64,000 nt of DNA from Nitrosomonadales bacterium (GCA_024642775.1 JAHEAL010000007.1:3761-67760); one strand, 5' to 3'; counted from the stretch's first letter, positions 10,242 to 21,053 are shown. Notes: generated by a model not told the origin, from the sequence alone. Translations and numbers: made by a program.

Positions 10242-11765
10242 ATGTTTAAAACTTTAAAGTCTGACTTATCCTCAAGTATTGTCGTTTTCTTCGTTGCGCT
10301 ACCTTTATGTTTAGGTATTGCTCTTGCCTCTAATGCTCCTTTGATGGCAGGTCTAATCTCCGGAATAGTAGGTGGTATTTTGGTGGGAATATTGAGCGGA
10401 TCACAGCTCGGCGTTAGTGGACCAGCAGCCGGGCTTACCGTCATCGTTTCATCATCCATTTTAGTACTCGGCTCCTGGGATAATTTTCTTTCTGCCGTTA
10501 TTCTGGCAGGCATCATTCAGTTTGCTTTTGGGTATTTTAGCCTTGGATTTTTAGCTTATTTTTTCCCTCTATCAGTCATCTATGGAATGCTATCCGGTAT
10601 TGGTATATTAATTATCCTAAAACAAATTCCGCATGCAATTGGCTATGACAAATCTTTCTTTGGCGAAGAGGAGTTTTCTCAATTAAATCATGAAAATACC
10701 ATCTCCTCTCTGATTCACTCTTTCAGCGACTTTGATTATTTTTCAATATTAATTTTCATCTTTTCAATTTGTCTTTTAATTATTTGGGAAAAAAAACTAT
10801 CAAATAAGTTTGATATTTTTAAGATTATCCAAGGACCTATTGTTGTGGTTTTTCTTGGGGCCGCATTTGTTTTTCTAAATCAATCAGGTTTTTTTAGTTT
10901 AAATATTTCATCTGAACATTTGGTTACAATTAGCGATGAAAATTTATTGAGTAATTTTCATTTCTTAACCATACCAAATATAGATAATTTTTTAAATCTT
11001 GAGACTTACAAAATTGCATTATTAATTGCAGTTGTTGCAAGTCTTGAGACATTACTTTGTCTTGAAGCTACAGATAAACTTGACCCCCAAAGAAGGGTTA
11101 GTCCGCCCAATAAAGAACTAAAAGCTCAGGGTATAGGAAATCTAATCTGTGGCTTTGTGGGAGCTTTGCCTGTAACTCAAGTCATCGTGAGGAGTTCTGC
11201 AAATATTAACTTTGGGGCAAAAACTAAACTTTCTGCTATCTTTCATGGCTTCTGGCTTCTAATCGCGGTAGTTTTTTTAATTCCCATAATGTCTTTAATC
11301 CCATTGGCATCGTTATCAGCAATTTTAATTATTGTTGGCTATAAGCTTGCAAAGCCGGTTATCTTCAAAGAGATGTATAGTTCGGGAAAAGAACAGTTTA
11401 TCCCATTCATAATAACTATCATCGGTATTATTACAATTAATCTATTAAATGGAATCATTCTGGGATTAATTGCTGGGCTCCTCTTTTCACTCTACAGAAG
11501 TTATCAAAACTCATACGAGCTTAAGGATGTAATCACTAATAAGAACGGTGTGGAAAGTCATTATATTTCTCTTGCTGAAGAAATATCTTTTTTTAATAAA
11601 GCAAGTCTAATGCAAAAATTAGAATCGATTCCAAATGGGTCTCAAGTGACAGTAGATTTTGCAAGGAATAAATACATGGCATTGGATATCGAAGTTACAC
11701 TAAAAGATTTTGAAACGAATGCTGAATATAAAAATTTAAAGGTAAAGTTTATCAATAATAATTAA
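10242..11765 (+). CDS. SulP-family inorganic anion transporter with C-terminal STAS domain
   Basis: 507 aa, polytopic. SulP-type N-terminus (DLSSSIVVFFVALPLCLGIALASNAPL) and a C-terminal ~90-aa soluble STAS-like domain. Confidence 0.85.
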   Translation: MFKTLKSDLSSSIVVFFVALPLCLGIALASNAPLMAGLISGIVGGILVGILSGSQLGVSGPAAGLTVIVSSSILVLGSWDNFLSAVILAGIIQFAFGYFSLGFLAYFFPLSVIYGMLSGIGILIILKQIPHAIGYDKSFFGEEEFSQLNHENTISSLIHSFSDFDYFSILIFIFSICLLIIWEKKLSNKFDIFKIIQGPIVVVFLGAAFVFLNQSGFFSLNISSEHLVTISDENLLSNFHFLTIPNIDNFLNLETYKIALLIAVVASLETLLCLEATDKLDPQRRVSPPNKELKAQGIGNLICGFVGALPVTQVIVRSSANINFGAKTKLSAIFHGFWLLIAVVFLIPIMSLIPLASLSAILIIVGYKLAKPVIFKEMYSSGKEQFIPFIITIIGIITINLLNGIILGLIAGLLFSLYRSYQNSYELKDVITNKNGVESHYISLAEEISFFNKASLMQKLESIPNGSQVTVDFARNKYMALDIEVTLKDFETNAEYKNLKVKFINNN

Positions 11766-11774
11766 GGAGTTTTA

Positions 11775-12401
11775 ATGTATAAGCACCCATTACTTGACAG
11801 GGATAAGATGACCACGAAAGAAGCCTTAGATATCCTTAAAGAAGGAAATCAGAGATTTGTTAACAATCTTCGTGAAAATAAAGATTACCCATCCCTGCTT
11901 GGCATAACTAAAAATCAACAGCATCCATTCGCTTCCATTTTAAGCTGCAGTGACTCAAGAGCGCCTGTAGAGTTAATTTTTGATCAGGCAATTGGAGATA
12001 TTTTTAGCGTTAGGTTGGCTGGAAATATTGCTTCTAATGATGCAATTGGAAGCTTGGAGTTTGGAATTAAGTACCTTAAAAGTAAGCTTTTGGTTGTCAT
12101 GGGGCATACGTCATGCGGTGCAGTAAAGGCATGTTGCGATCACTTTGAAGATGGAAGTATTACTGAGGTGATATCTAAAATTACCCCTTGTCTGGATTTG
12201 GAAGATATCACAAAAGACGATAGAAATTCTGGCAATGTTGATTTTGTCCAGAACGTTAGTAATTTAAATGTTAAGCAGCAGATAAAAGAAATTTTAAACA
12301 GCAGTAAGATTATTGCTGAATGCCATGAAAAAAAAGATATTTTGATTATTGGTGCGATGTATAACATTGAAACCGGAGAAGTTAACTTTTTTGAGTCATA
12401 G
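11775..12401 (+). CDS. Beta-class carbonic anhydrase
   Basis: 208 aa. Zinc ligands and catalytic dyad are present in SCSDSR and GHTSCGAV. Strong SD (AAGGAG) 5 nt upstream. Confidence 0.88.
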   Translation: MYKHPLLDRDKMTTKEALDILKEGNQRFVNNLRENKDYPSLLGITKNQQHPFASILSCSDSRAPVELIFDQAIGDIFSVRLAGNIASNDAIGSLEFGIKYLKSKLLVVMGHTSCGAVKACCDHFEDGSITEVISKITPCLDLEDITKDDRNSGNVDFVQNVSNLNVKQQIKEILNSSKIIAECHEKKDILIIGAMYNIETGEVNFFES

Positions 12402-12434
12402 TTTTTTCTACAATAATATAAAATATTAAGTATT

Positions 12435-13052
12435 GTGAAAAAAACGAGAACAAAAAATAATTGGATAAAAGAACACTTGTCCGATAAATACGTGCAAAAA
12501 GCTCAGCATGAGGGATACAGATCCCGTGCGGCTTATAAACTCATCGAAATTAACGCAAAATACAATCTTGTTAAAAAAAATAACCGTATCGTAGACCTGG
12601 GTTCTGCTCCCGGAAGTTGGTCTCAGGCGTTAAGTTCAATAATTGGTGAATCGGGTGAAATCTTTGCAATTGACCTCTTACCCATGGAGGGGGTCAAAAA
12701 TACGACTTTTATTCAAGGCGATTTTCAAGACAATGCAATTCTTGATCAATTAGAGTTATTATTAAAAAATCAACCGGTTGACCTTGTAATATCCGATATG
12801 GCCCCCAATATTAGTGGTAATAAGACTAGAGACCAGGCATTAATAATTGGCCTAAACGAATTATCTTTAGAATTTGCAAAAGATTGGTTGAAACCAAAAG
12901 GGAATTTTCTAGTCAAGACATTTATGGGATCGGGTTTTGAAGAATTTGTTAAAACCATGAAAAATGTGTTTAAGCGAGTAATCATTAAAAAACCAGAATC
13001 TTCAAGAGATAGAAGTGCTGAATTTTTTTTAATTGGTCTAGAAAAGCTGTAA
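12435..13052 (+). CDS. rlmE: 23S rRNA (uridine2552-2'-O)-methyltransferase RlmE/FtsJ
   Basis: 205 aa. WIKEHLSDKYVQKAQHEGYRSRAAYKL and DLGSAPGSW SAM motif. GTG start. rlmE-ftsH-folP-glmM order conserved. Confidence 0.92.
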   Translation: MKKTRTKNNWIKEHLSDKYVQKAQHEGYRSRAAYKLIEINAKYNLVKKNNRIVDLGSAPGSWSQALSSIIGESGEIFAIDLLPMEGVKNTTFIQGDFQDNAILDQLELLLKNQPVDLVISDMAPNISGNKTRDQALIIGLNELSLEFAKDWLKPKGNFLVKTFMGSGFEEFVKTMKNVFKRVIIKKPESSRDRSAEFFLIGLEKL

Positions 13053-13089
13053 AATAACTTTACAGATAAAAATAAATTAAGGATAAAGT

Positions 13090-14985
13090 TTGAATAACAA
13101 TACACTTAAAACAATTTTAGTTTGGTTGGCTATCGGGGCATTAATGATGATGGTCTTCAATCAATTTTCACCCGCTAATAGGTTTGAAACTAAACTTGTT
13201 TATTCGCAATTTATGGAACAGGTAAAATCTGGAAATATCTCCAAAGTTGAAATTGATGGAAGAAACATCAATGGTATTACGGCCGACGGTAAAAGATTTT
13301 CCACATACTCACCAACAGATCCGTGGATGGTTTCAGACTTATTAAAAAATAACGTAATTGTTGAAGCCAAGCCTGAAGAGAAGCAGTCAATGTTAATGAG
13401 TGTTTTTATTTCTTGGTTCCCAATGATACTTTTAATCGGAGTATGGATATTCTTCATGAAGCAAATGCAGGGCGGAGGTAAAGGTGGTGGTCCTTTCTCA
13501 TTTGGAAAAAGTAAAGCAAGACAGTTAGATCAGGCAACAAATAAAACAACATTTGCTGATGTTGCTGGTTGCGACGAAGCTAAAGAAGAGGTCACGGAGT
13601 TGGTGGACTTCCTTAAAGACCCAAATAAATTTCATAAATTAGGCGGAAGAATACCAAGAGGCGTTTTAATGGTAGGCCCTCCAGGAACGGGTAAAACCCT
13701 GTTAGCCAGAGCAATTGCTGGTGAGGCTAAGGTTCCATTCTACACAATATCTGGATCAGATTTTGTGGAAATGTTTGTCGGTGTGGGTGCTGCGAGAGTT
13801 AGGGACATGTTCGAACAGGCTAAAAAAAGCTCACCTTGCATCGTATTTATTGATGAAATTGATGCAGTTGGTAGACATCGTGGCGCTGGAATGGGTGGCG
13901 GTAACGACGAGCGTGAACAAACTCTGAATCAATTATTGGTTGAGATGGACGGCTTTGAGGCAAATTCAGGGGTTATTGTGATTGCAGCAACCAACAGAGC
14001 TGACGTCTTGGATAAAGCGTTATTGAGGCCTGGACGATTTGATCGTCAAGTGGCTGTATCGTTGCCAGATATCAAAGGCAGGGAGCAAATCCTTAATGTT
14101 CACATGAGAAAAATACCGGGTGATGCTGATGTGAAAGCCGATATATTGGCGCGGGGAACTCCAGGATTTTCTGGAGCTGATTTAGCAAACTTAGTCAATG
14201 AGGCAGCTTTATTTGCTGCTCGACGTGGGCATAGAACGGTCACCATGCAAGATTTTGAAGATGCTAAAGATAAGATTTATATGGGCCCAGAACGAAAATC
14301 CCTAGTAATGCAAGAAGATGAAAGAATTAATACCGCTTATCATGAATCCGGACATGCAATAGTTGCTAAATCATTACCAAAAGCTGACCCAGTTCATAAA
14401 GTAACTATTATGCCAAGAGGGTGGGCGCTTGGGCTAACATGGCAACTCCCAGAGTTCGATCGCTTTAGTAACTTTAAAGACAAGATGCTTGAAGAAATTT
14501 CAATTCTGTTTGGTGGAAGAATTGCTGAAGAGGTTTTCATGAAGCAAATGTCTACTGGCGCTTCTAACGATTTTGAAAGGGCTACCAAGTTAGCTCGAGA
14601 CATGGTTACGAAGTACGGTATGTCAGATAAATTAGGGACAATGGTCTACACAGACAACCAAAATGAGTCAACATTCGGCATGCCTTCAAAAACTATTTCT
14701 GAAGCTACTCAACAAAAAGTTGATTCTGAAGTTAGAAGAATCCTTGATGAACAATATGCTGTGGCCCGAAAGATTATTGAAAAAAATAAGAAAAAAGTAG
14801 AGGTGATGGCTAAAGCTCTTCTTGAATACGAAACCATTGATGCTGAACAAATCAATGACATCATGGCAGGAAAAAAAGTACGCGAACCGAAGACCGCATC
14901 CAACGATAGCACCCCAAAAAACGATAAAGGCACAGGTTCAGGTCCGGCAGTAACTTCTCCACAACCGACAGCAAAAACAAAGTAA
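13090..14985 (+). CDS. ftsH: ATP-dependent zinc metalloprotease FtsH
   Basis: 631 aa. Two N-terminal TM helices, Walker A GPPGTGKT, Walker B IVFIDEID, zinc site HESGHA. TTG start after AAGGA. Confidence 0.96.
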   Translation: MNNNTLKTILVWLAIGALMMMVFNQFSPANRFETKLVYSQFMEQVKSGNISKVEIDGRNINGITADGKRFSTYSPTDPWMVSDLLKNNVIVEAKPEEKQSMLMSVFISWFPMILLIGVWIFFMKQMQGGGKGGGPFSFGKSKARQLDQATNKTTFADVAGCDEAKEEVTELVDFLKDPNKFHKLGGRIPRGVLMVGPPGTGKTLLARAIAGEAKVPFYTISGSDFVEMFVGVGAARVRDMFEQAKKSSPCIVFIDEIDAVGRHRGAGMGGGNDEREQTLNQLLVEMDGFEANSGVIVIAATNRADVLDKALLRPGRFDRQVAVSLPDIKGREQILNVHMRKIPGDADVKADILARGTPGFSGADLANLVNEAALFAARRGHRTVTMQDFEDAKDKIYMGPERKSLVMQEDERINTAYHESGHAIVAKSLPKADPVHKVTIMPRGWALGLTWQLPEFDRFSNFKDKMLEEISILFGGRIAEEVFMKQMSTGASNDFERATKLARDMVTKYGMSDKLGTMVYTDNQNESTFGMPSKTISEATQQKVDSEVRRILDEQYAVARKIIEKNKKKVEVMAKALLEYETIDAEQINDIMAGKKVREPKTASNDSTPKNDKGTGSGPAVTSPQPTAKTK

Positions 14986-15014
14986 AATAAGGCAGTTTAA
15001 AGCTGCTTTATTTT

Positions 15015-15821
15015 ATGAAATTATTACAAAAACTTCAAAATAAATCTAACCTGATCATGGGTATACTTAATGCTACCCCCGATTCCTTCTCGGATGGTGG
15101 TCTGTATCTAGATCCTCATAGAGCGCTTGATCACGTTCACCAAATGATTGAATCAGGTGCAGATATTATTGATATTGGAGGAGAGTCCTCAAGACCGGGA
15201 GCAAAACCTATCCTAGCATCTGAAGAACTTTTAAGAATCATGCCCATAATAAAATTAATCAAGTCAAAAACGAATGCGTTGTTGTCTATTGATACGTATA
15301 AGGCCGAAGTTATGGAAAAAGTCTTGGATATGGGGGTTGACTTAATTAACGATATTAAAGCGTTGTCTGATGGAAATGCCCTGGAAGTAGTAAGTGGATA
15401 TAGCGATGCCATGATATGCTTAATGCATATGCAAGGTGAACCTCAGTCAATGCAAAACAATCCCATTTATACTAAGAGTGTTGAAACAACGGTTAAAGAT
15501 TTTTTGACCGAAAGAATAAGTCAATGTGGACAGATGGGAATAGCATCAGAAAGAATCATAATTGATCCAGGATTTGGATTTGGAAAAACCTTTGAGGACA
15601 ATTGGAGGCTTTATCAAGAAATTAATACACTGGTAGATATGAATTATCCAGTTCTAATTGGGTTATCTCGCAAGAGTATGTTAAAAAATTTAGTAGGTAC
15701 TGATGCAAAATTCTTAGATGAGGCTAGTGCTTTCTTTGCTAAGCAATTATTAAGTCAAGGAGCGCGTATAATTCGAACTCATAACGTTACCGTGACAAAA
15801 AAATATTTAGAGGGTCATTAA
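15015..15821 (+). CDS. folP: Dihydropteroate synthase
   Basis: 268 aa. IMGILNATPDSFSDGG and DIGGESSRPG motifs. Confidence 0.93.
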   Translation: MKLLQKLQNKSNLIMGILNATPDSFSDGGLYLDPHRALDHVHQMIESGADIIDIGGESSRPGAKPILASEELLRIMPIIKLIKSKTNALLSIDTYKAEVMEKVLDMGVDLINDIKALSDGNALEVVSGYSDAMICLMHMQGEPQSMQNNPIYTKSVETTVKDFLTERISQCGQMGIASERIIIDPGFGFGKTFEDNWRLYQEINTLVDMNYPVLIGLSRKSMLKNLVGTDAKFLDEASAFFAKQLLSQGARIIRTHNVTVTKKYLEGH

Positions 15822-17152
15822 TGAGAAAGTATTTTGGAACCGATGGCATTAGAGGCAAGGCTGGAAAATTTCCCATCACTGCAGACTTCTTCTCTAAGTT
15901 GGCTTATGCCGCTGGAAAAGTACTGACCAATAGAGTGGGTAATATTAAGAAACCTTCAGTCATAATTGGTAAAGACACAAGAGTGTCTGGGTACATGCTT
16001 GAATCCGCACTTGAAGCTGGATTTTCAGCTGCGGGTGTTGATGTTTATTTAACTGGCCCAATTCCAACTCCGGCAATTGCTTATCTTACAAAAGCAATGA
16101 GAGCACAAGTAGGCGTTGTGATATCCGCCTCGCATAATTTATTTCAAGATAATGGGATTAAATTTTTCTCTGGAGACGGTCTAAAATTAGATGATTCAAT
16201 TGAAATTGAAATTGAAAAATATATTGATTCCATAGAGGGTCTAGATTCTGAAGAAATAGGCAAAGCAAAAAGGGTTGAGGATGCTCAAGGAAGGTATGTG
16301 GAGTTTTGCAAAAATACGTTTCCAAGAAATCTTAATTTAGATAACTTAAAAATAGTTTTAGATTGTTCTAATGGGGCAACTTACCAAGTAGCACCAAAAA
16401 TATTTTCTGAGCTGGGTGCTCATATTACAAAAGTCGGTGTTGAGCCAGATGGAAAAAATATTAACCAAGACTGCGGATCTACGCATCTTGATTTATTGAA
16501 GTCAAAAGTAAAAGAGGTTAATGCTGATTTAGGAATTGCTTTTGATGGAGATGGAGATCGGGTTCTCATGGTCACTGCATCGGGAGATATCGTGGACGGT
16601 GATCAGCTTCTATACATTATTGTTGCCAATGAATGCGTTCAAAATAAAATTAAAGGCGGTGTGGTTGGAACCCTGATGACAAATCTAGCGATGGAAGAGG
16701 CGCTAAAAGAAAAAAATATTCCTTTTCTGAGGTCAAATGTTGGCGATCGATACGTTTCTGAGATGATGGATGATAATAATTGGATTTATGGTGGTGAAAA
16801 TTCAGGTCATATTTTGTTAAAGGATATTCATTCAACCGGGGATGGAATAATTTCTGCGTTACAAGTCATAAAGGCGATTCAAGAAAGAAAGATTTCCTTA
16901 CAAGATGCTGTAAACGAGATAAAACTGTACCCTCAAATTTTAGTCAACTTACCAATTCAAACAGATCTGAATCTCGATTCAGAGGTTATTCAAGAAAGTA
17001 TTAAAAGTGCGGAAACTCTTATGGAATCAAAGGGTCGAGTTTTATTGAGAAAATCAGGCACTGAACCACTGATTAGAATAATGACGGAATGTAAAGATTT
17101 TGATAAAGCTATGCAGGCAAATCAATTGATCAAGAATGCCTTAGAGGCATAG
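15821..17152 (+). CDS. glmM: Phosphoglucosamine mutase
   Basis: 443 aa. YFGTDGIRG N-terminus and phosphoserine loop SASHN. TAATG overlap with folP. Confidence 0.94.
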   Translation: MRKYFGTDGIRGKAGKFPITADFFSKLAYAAGKVLTNRVGNIKKPSVIIGKDTRVSGYMLESALEAGFSAAGVDVYLTGPIPTPAIAYLTKAMRAQVGVVISASHNLFQDNGIKFFSGDGLKLDDSIEIEIEKYIDSIEGLDSEEIGKAKRVEDAQGRYVEFCKNTFPRNLNLDNLKIVLDCSNGATYQVAPKIFSELGAHITKVGVEPDGKNINQDCGSTHLDLLKSKVKEVNADLGIAFDGDGDRVLMVTASGDIVDGDQLLYIIVANECVQNKIKGGVVGTLMTNLAMEEALKEKNIPFLRSNVGDRYVSEMMDDNNWIYGGENSGHILLKDIHSTGDGIISALQVIKAIQERKISLQDAVNEIKLYPQILVNLPIQTDLNLDSEVIQESIKSAETLMESKGRVLLRKSGTEPLIRIMTECKDFDKAMQANQLIKNALEA

Positions 17153-17170
17153 TTCTTCTCTTTAAAAAAA

Positions 17171-17950
17171 TTAACCAAATTTTCCAGTAATGTAATCTTC
17201 AGTTTCTCTTTTTGAAGGTTTGGTGAAAATTGTATCCGTTTCGTCAAATTCAATCATTTCGCCAAGATACATATAGGCTGTATAGTCAGAAATTCTCGCT
17301 GCTTGTTGCATGTTATGTGTAACAATCAAGATGGTTAATTTTTTCTTTAACTCACTCATCAGCTCTTCAATATTAACAGTAGCTATAGGGTCTAACGCAG
17401 AGGTTGGTTCATCAAAAAGCATTATTTCTGGATCCGTAGCAAGCGCTCTGGCAATGCACAGTCGTTGTTGTTGACCACCGGATAGGTTGTAAGCTAAGTC
17501 TTGTAGCCTATCTTTTACTTCATTCCATAAGGAAGCTCCTTTTAATGCCTCCTCAACTTTTTCATCTAAGAGCCGTTTATTATTTTCACCACGGACTCTT
17601 AAGCCGTAGGCAACATTTTCATAAATAGATTTGGGAAATGGATTTGGTTTTTGGAAAACCATACTAATACGCATTCGAACTTCTATCGGATCAACTTTGG
17701 TGTGAAGAATGTTGGTATTATCTGGATGTAAAATTATTTCACCATCGTATTTATTGCCAGGGTAGAGATCATGCATTCGATTGAATGATCTTAAAAATGT
17801 CGATTTACCACAACCAGAAGGACCAATTAACGCAGTAATTTTCTTTTCGTATAAAGGTAAATTTATATTTTTTAAAGCGTGCGTTCCATCAGCATAATGA
17901 AAATCAAAATTTTTTGATTCGGCTTTAATTATTTCGTTTTGTTTTCCCAT
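17171..17950 (-). CDS. pstB: Phosphate ABC transporter ATP-binding protein PstB
   Basis: Walker [18 protein letters not shown] signature, Walker [11 protein letters not shown]. The ORF-track start (18013) runs into pstA; the ATG at 17950 ([19 protein letters not shown]) aligns with the E. coli PstB N-terminus. Confidence 0.93.
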   Translation of the reverse strand: MGKQNEIIKAESKNFDFHYADGTHALKNINLPLYEKKITALIGPSGCGKSTFLRSFNRMHDLYPGNKYDGEIILHPDNTNILHTKVDPIEVRMRISMVFQKPNPFPKSIYENVAYGLRVRGENNKRLLDEKVEEALKGASLWNEVKDRLQDLAYNLSGGQQQRLCIARALATDPEIMLFDEPTSALDPIATVNIEELMSELKKKLTILIVTHNMQQAARISDYTAYMYLGEMIEFDETDTIFTKPSKRETEDYITGKFG

Positions 17951-17960
17951 TAGTTTAATC

Positions 17961-18899
17961 CTACCATTTAATTTTCTTTCGAATACTATAACGAAGACGA
18001 ATTGCAAGGCCATTCATTAATAAAGTTAAAATAATAATCACCGCTCCGGTTGCAGCTGCATTAATATGAAATGCGTGCTCAGGACGCGAAATCCAGTTAA
18101 ACATTTGAATTGGGAGTACCGTGAATCCAGCATCGAGCCAATTGAAATTAATAAATGGCATAACTTCACTTACAGGCGCTGGCGGAAGAAAGGCAATAAA
18201 TGTTAAAGCACCAATAGTAATGACTGGCGCTGTTTCTCCTATTGCTCTTGCCATGCCAATAATAATTCCCGTAAGGACTCCTCCCATAGCATACTGAAGA
18301 ACGTGATGTAAGGTTACTTGCCATTTTGTCGCTCCAACGGCATAAGCCGCTTCACGAATGTGAACCGGTATGGCTCTAATGGCCTCTCGAGTGGAGACAA
18401 TCACAATCGGCAGCATGAGTAACGAAAGTGTTAGCCCAGCAGTCAATATACTTGTTCCCAGTCCAAATTCGTATACAAAGAGACCTAACGCCAATAGGCC
18501 ATAAATAATCGAGGGCACTCCTGCTAGATTCGCCACATTAATTTCGATTAAATCTGAAAACCAACCTTTTTTTGCGTATTCCTCTAGGTATATACCGGCA
18601 GCTACACCCATAGGAACGGCAACAAAAAAAGTCACGGTAAGGACGAGTGCTGAACCAACCCATGCGGATAGTATCCCAGCACCTTCGGCTTTTCTTGAAG
18701 GGAAGTTAGAAAAAAACTCCAGATTCATTTTGGGATATCCATCAATCACCAAATCTAAAAAGAGAACTAAAAGAGCGATCGCTAATGCAGCTATAACAAA
18801 GATACCAATCACAGAAAATAAACGATCATTTTTTTTATGTTTTTTTATTAATGCGCGGACGGCATTTAAGTCTTTAGCAGGTTTAATTGTAGAGGCCAT
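17961..18899 (-). CDS. pstA: Phosphate ABC transporter permease PstA
   Basis: 312 aa, polytopic. EAA-type loop [13 protein letters not shown]. Confidence 0.9.
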   Translation of the reverse strand: MASTIKPAKDLNAVRALIKKHKKNDRLFSVIGIFVIAALAIALLVLFLDLVIDGYPKMNLEFFSNFPSRKAEGAGILSAWVGSALVLTVTFFVAVPMGVAAGIYLEEYAKKGWFSDLIEINVANLAGVPSIIYGLLALGLFVYEFGLGTSILTAGLTLSLLMLPIVIVSTREAIRAIPVHIREAAYAVGATKWQVTLHHVLQYAMGGVLTGIIIGMARAIGETAPVITIGALTFIAFLPPAPVSEVMPFINFNWLDAGFTVLPIQMFNWISRPEHAFHINAAATGAVIIILTLLMNGLAIRLRYSIRKKIKW

Positions 18900-18902
18900 A
18901 AG

Positions 18903-19823
18903 TTAATATCTTTCAGTGAATTTTTTTCGAGTCCACTGACCTAATATGTTTAAGGATAATGTCATTAAAAATAACACCATTCCGGCAGCAAAAATACTCT
19001 GATAACCTATTCCGCCATGCTCCAAGTCACCTAAAGCAACGGAAACAATATAAGCGGTAATGGTGGCAGCACTCTCAACGGGGTTAAAAGTAAAATTTGG
19101 TTGCTGTCCTGCTGCGATCGCGACAATCATGGTTTCTCCAATGCCACGACTTACCGCTAAAATATATGCTGCAATGATTCCAGACAAGGCCGCCGGCATA
19201 ACTACAGTCACTGCAGTTTGGAATCTGGTTGCACCCATAGCATACGAACCTTCCCTCATGGCCATTGGCACTGCGCGCATGGCATCCTCAGCTACGGATG
19301 CAATATAAGGAACTATCATAATGCCCATAACTATTCCTGGACCCAGCATATTAAATGTAGGTAGATCGGGATAAATTTTTTGTAATAACGGTGTAACAAG
19401 CAATAAAGCAAAGTAGCCAAAAACTACAGTAGGAACGCCAACCAGTAATTCTAAAATTGGCTTAACTATTTCGCGTACTTTGTGGGTAGCAAACTCGGAG
19501 AGATAAACGGCGGTTATGGTCCCAAGAGGAATGGCAACTAAAAGGGCAATACCGGTTATGGTTATCGTTCCAGAAACTAACGGTAAGATTCCATAATTTT
19601 TTCTTTCAAATAATGGCGTCCAAACCGTGGAGGTTAAAAATTCTTTTAGGGAGACGGCGTCGAAGAAAGGTAATGACTCGGTCACTAAAATATACACGAT
19701 TCCAAATGTAATTAATACCGCTGCTAACCCAGATAACATAAGAGACAATTCAATCAATCTTTCGAGAAAATTACGACGAATATTTTTCTTTAATCCTGGG
19801 CTGATGATTTTTTTCTGGGCCAT
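18903..19823 (-). CDS. pstC: Phosphate ABC transporter permease PstC
   Basis: Polytopic. EAA loop REGSYAMGATRFQ. The ATG at 19823 is preferred over the TTG extension at 19829. Confidence 0.9.
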   Translation of the reverse strand: MAQKKIISPGLKKNIRRNFLERLIELSLMLSGLAAVLITFGIVYILVTESLPFFDAVSLKEFLTSTVWTPLFERKNYGILPLVSGTITITGIALLVAIPLGTITAVYLSEFATHKVREIVKPILELLVGVPTVVFGYFALLLVTPLLQKIYPDLPTFNMLGPGIVMGIMIVPYIASVAEDAMRAVPMAMREGSYAMGATRFQTAVTVVMPAALSGIIAAYILAVSRGIGETMIVAIAAGQQPNFTFNPVESAATITAYIVSVALGDLEHGGIGYQSIFAAGMVLFLMTLSLNILGQWTRKKFTERY

Positions 19824-19890
19824 ATACAATTTAAACAGTATTAATATAAACGCAGGTAAATTATTACATAGTTTTGTGACGATTCAATTA

Positions 19891-19918
19891 AAAAAAGGGG
19901 AAAAAATTCCCCTTTTTC
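19891..19918 (-). terminator. Intercistronic hairpin (partial terminator/attenuator) between pstS and pstC
   Basis: The minus strand reads GGGGAA-TTTT-TTCCCC followed by seven T. It lies 20 nt after the pstS stop, in the 108-nt pstS-pstC spacer. Confidence 0.65.
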
Positions 19919-19937
19919 TATTGCTATTTAATAAAAC

Positions 19938-20924
19938 TTAGTCTGCAGCTTTTTCAAGAATTTCTTTTACAGATAATCCAATCGCTGGACCATCTTTAAA
20001 AGCAGAACCCGTTTTTAAAGTTTTGTAATGCTTTTTAATGGCATCGTATTCTGCAGTTGAGAATGGTACATAACCAACTTCTTTAGAAAGTTTTGCGGCA
20101 TTGTCTAAATAAAATTCAACGAATTTTTTAACTTTAGGATCAAATGCTGCCTTAGTTGCATTGAGGTAAATAAATAAAGGACGTGAGAGAGGATTATAGG
20201 ACCCGTTCATTACCGTTTCGAGTGATGGCTCTACAAACTTACCTTCCTTATTCTGAACTTTAACCGCACCTAATTTATCTTTATTTTCAACATAGTAGGC
20301 AAGGCCAAAATAACCCATACCACCTTTGTCGCCAGCTACACCCTGAACTAAAACGTTATCATCTTCTGAGGCAGTAAAGTCACCACGAATGGACTTTGAT
20401 TTCTCAATGATGGCTTCAGTGAAGTAATCGAATGTGCCTGAGTCCGCACCTGGTCCATATAATTTTAACGGCTGGTCTGGCATACCTTCACGCACCTGTT
20501 TCCAGTTCATTACTTTTCCTTGAGCATCAGGACCCCAGATTTTTTTCAATTCTGCAGGCGTCATTTCTTTTGCCCATTCATTGTCTTTATTGATAACTAC
20601 TGTCAATGCATCAAATGCTACCGGTACTTCAATAAAAGAAATTCCCGCTTCGTCACATTTTTTAATTTCTTTCGCTTTAATTGGTCTTGATGCATCAGAT
20701 ATTACGGTTTCACCACGGCAAAACTTTTTAAAGCCTCCGCCTGTTCCAGATACACCAACGGTAACTTTAATCCCAGTTTCTTTTTGAAATTCTTCAGCTA
20801 CGGCTTCTGTGATTGGATAAACTGTTGATGAGCCGTCAATTTTAACGATGTCGGCAGCAAAAACAGATGTAGTCACAACTGTTGTTATAGTTGCTAATAC
20901 TGCTTTATTGAATGTTGATACCAT
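19938..20924 (-). CDS. pstS: Phosphate ABC transporter substrate-binding protein PstS
   Basis: Signal peptide [23 protein letters not shown], then a PBP fold ([17 protein letters not shown]). The ATG at 20924 has AGGAG 8 nt upstream. The ORF-track start at 21077 is an artefactual extension through the promoter. Confidence 0.92.
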   Translation of the reverse strand: MVSTFNKAVLATITTVVTTSVFAADIVKIDGSSTVYPITEAVAEEFQKETGIKVTVGVSGTGGGFKKFCRGETVISDASRPIKAKEIKKCDEAGISFIEVPVAFDALTVVINKDNEWAKEMTPAELKKIWGPDAQGKVMNWKQVREGMPDQPLKLYGPGADSGTFDYFTEAIIEKSKSIRGDFTASEDDNVLVQGVAGDKGGMGYFGLAYYVENKDKLGAVKVQNKEGKFVEPSLETVMNGSYNPLSRPLFIYLNATKAAFDPKVKKFVEFYLDNAAKLSKEVGYVPFSTAEYDAIKKHYKTLKTGSAFKDGPAIGLSVKEILEKAAD

Positions 20925-20980
20925 GTGTAAAAACTCCTGAGTTATTAATATAGTTGCTAGGCGTATTTTATTATCCAAGT

Positions 20981-20998
20981 GTGACAGAAATATGACAA
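20981..20998 (-). promoter_or_regulatory. Pho box (PhoB binding site) of the pstS promoter
   Basis: The minus strand reads TTGTCAT-ATTT-CTGTCAC, against the E. coli consensus CTGTCAT-A(A/T)A(T/A)-CTGTCA(C/T). TAAAAT lies 10 nt downstream as a -10 element. Confidence 0.75.
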
Positions 20999-21053
20999 TT
21001 TTATCTTTTCTAAAAACAAGATAGAATGTCAAAAATAATTTATTTAGACATTT

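Noticed and set aside
13047-13065. Hairpin CTGTAAA-ATAAC-TTTACAG spanning the rlmE stop codon.
   Set aside because: The stem is A/T-rich and no T-tract follows. rlmE-ftsH are normally co-transcribed, so it is not called a terminator.
14992-15014. Possible terminator between ftsH and folP (GCAG-TTTAAAG-CTGC + TTTATTTT).
   Set aside because: The stem is only 4 bp, which is too weak. ftsH-folP-glmM is a conserved co-transcribed string.
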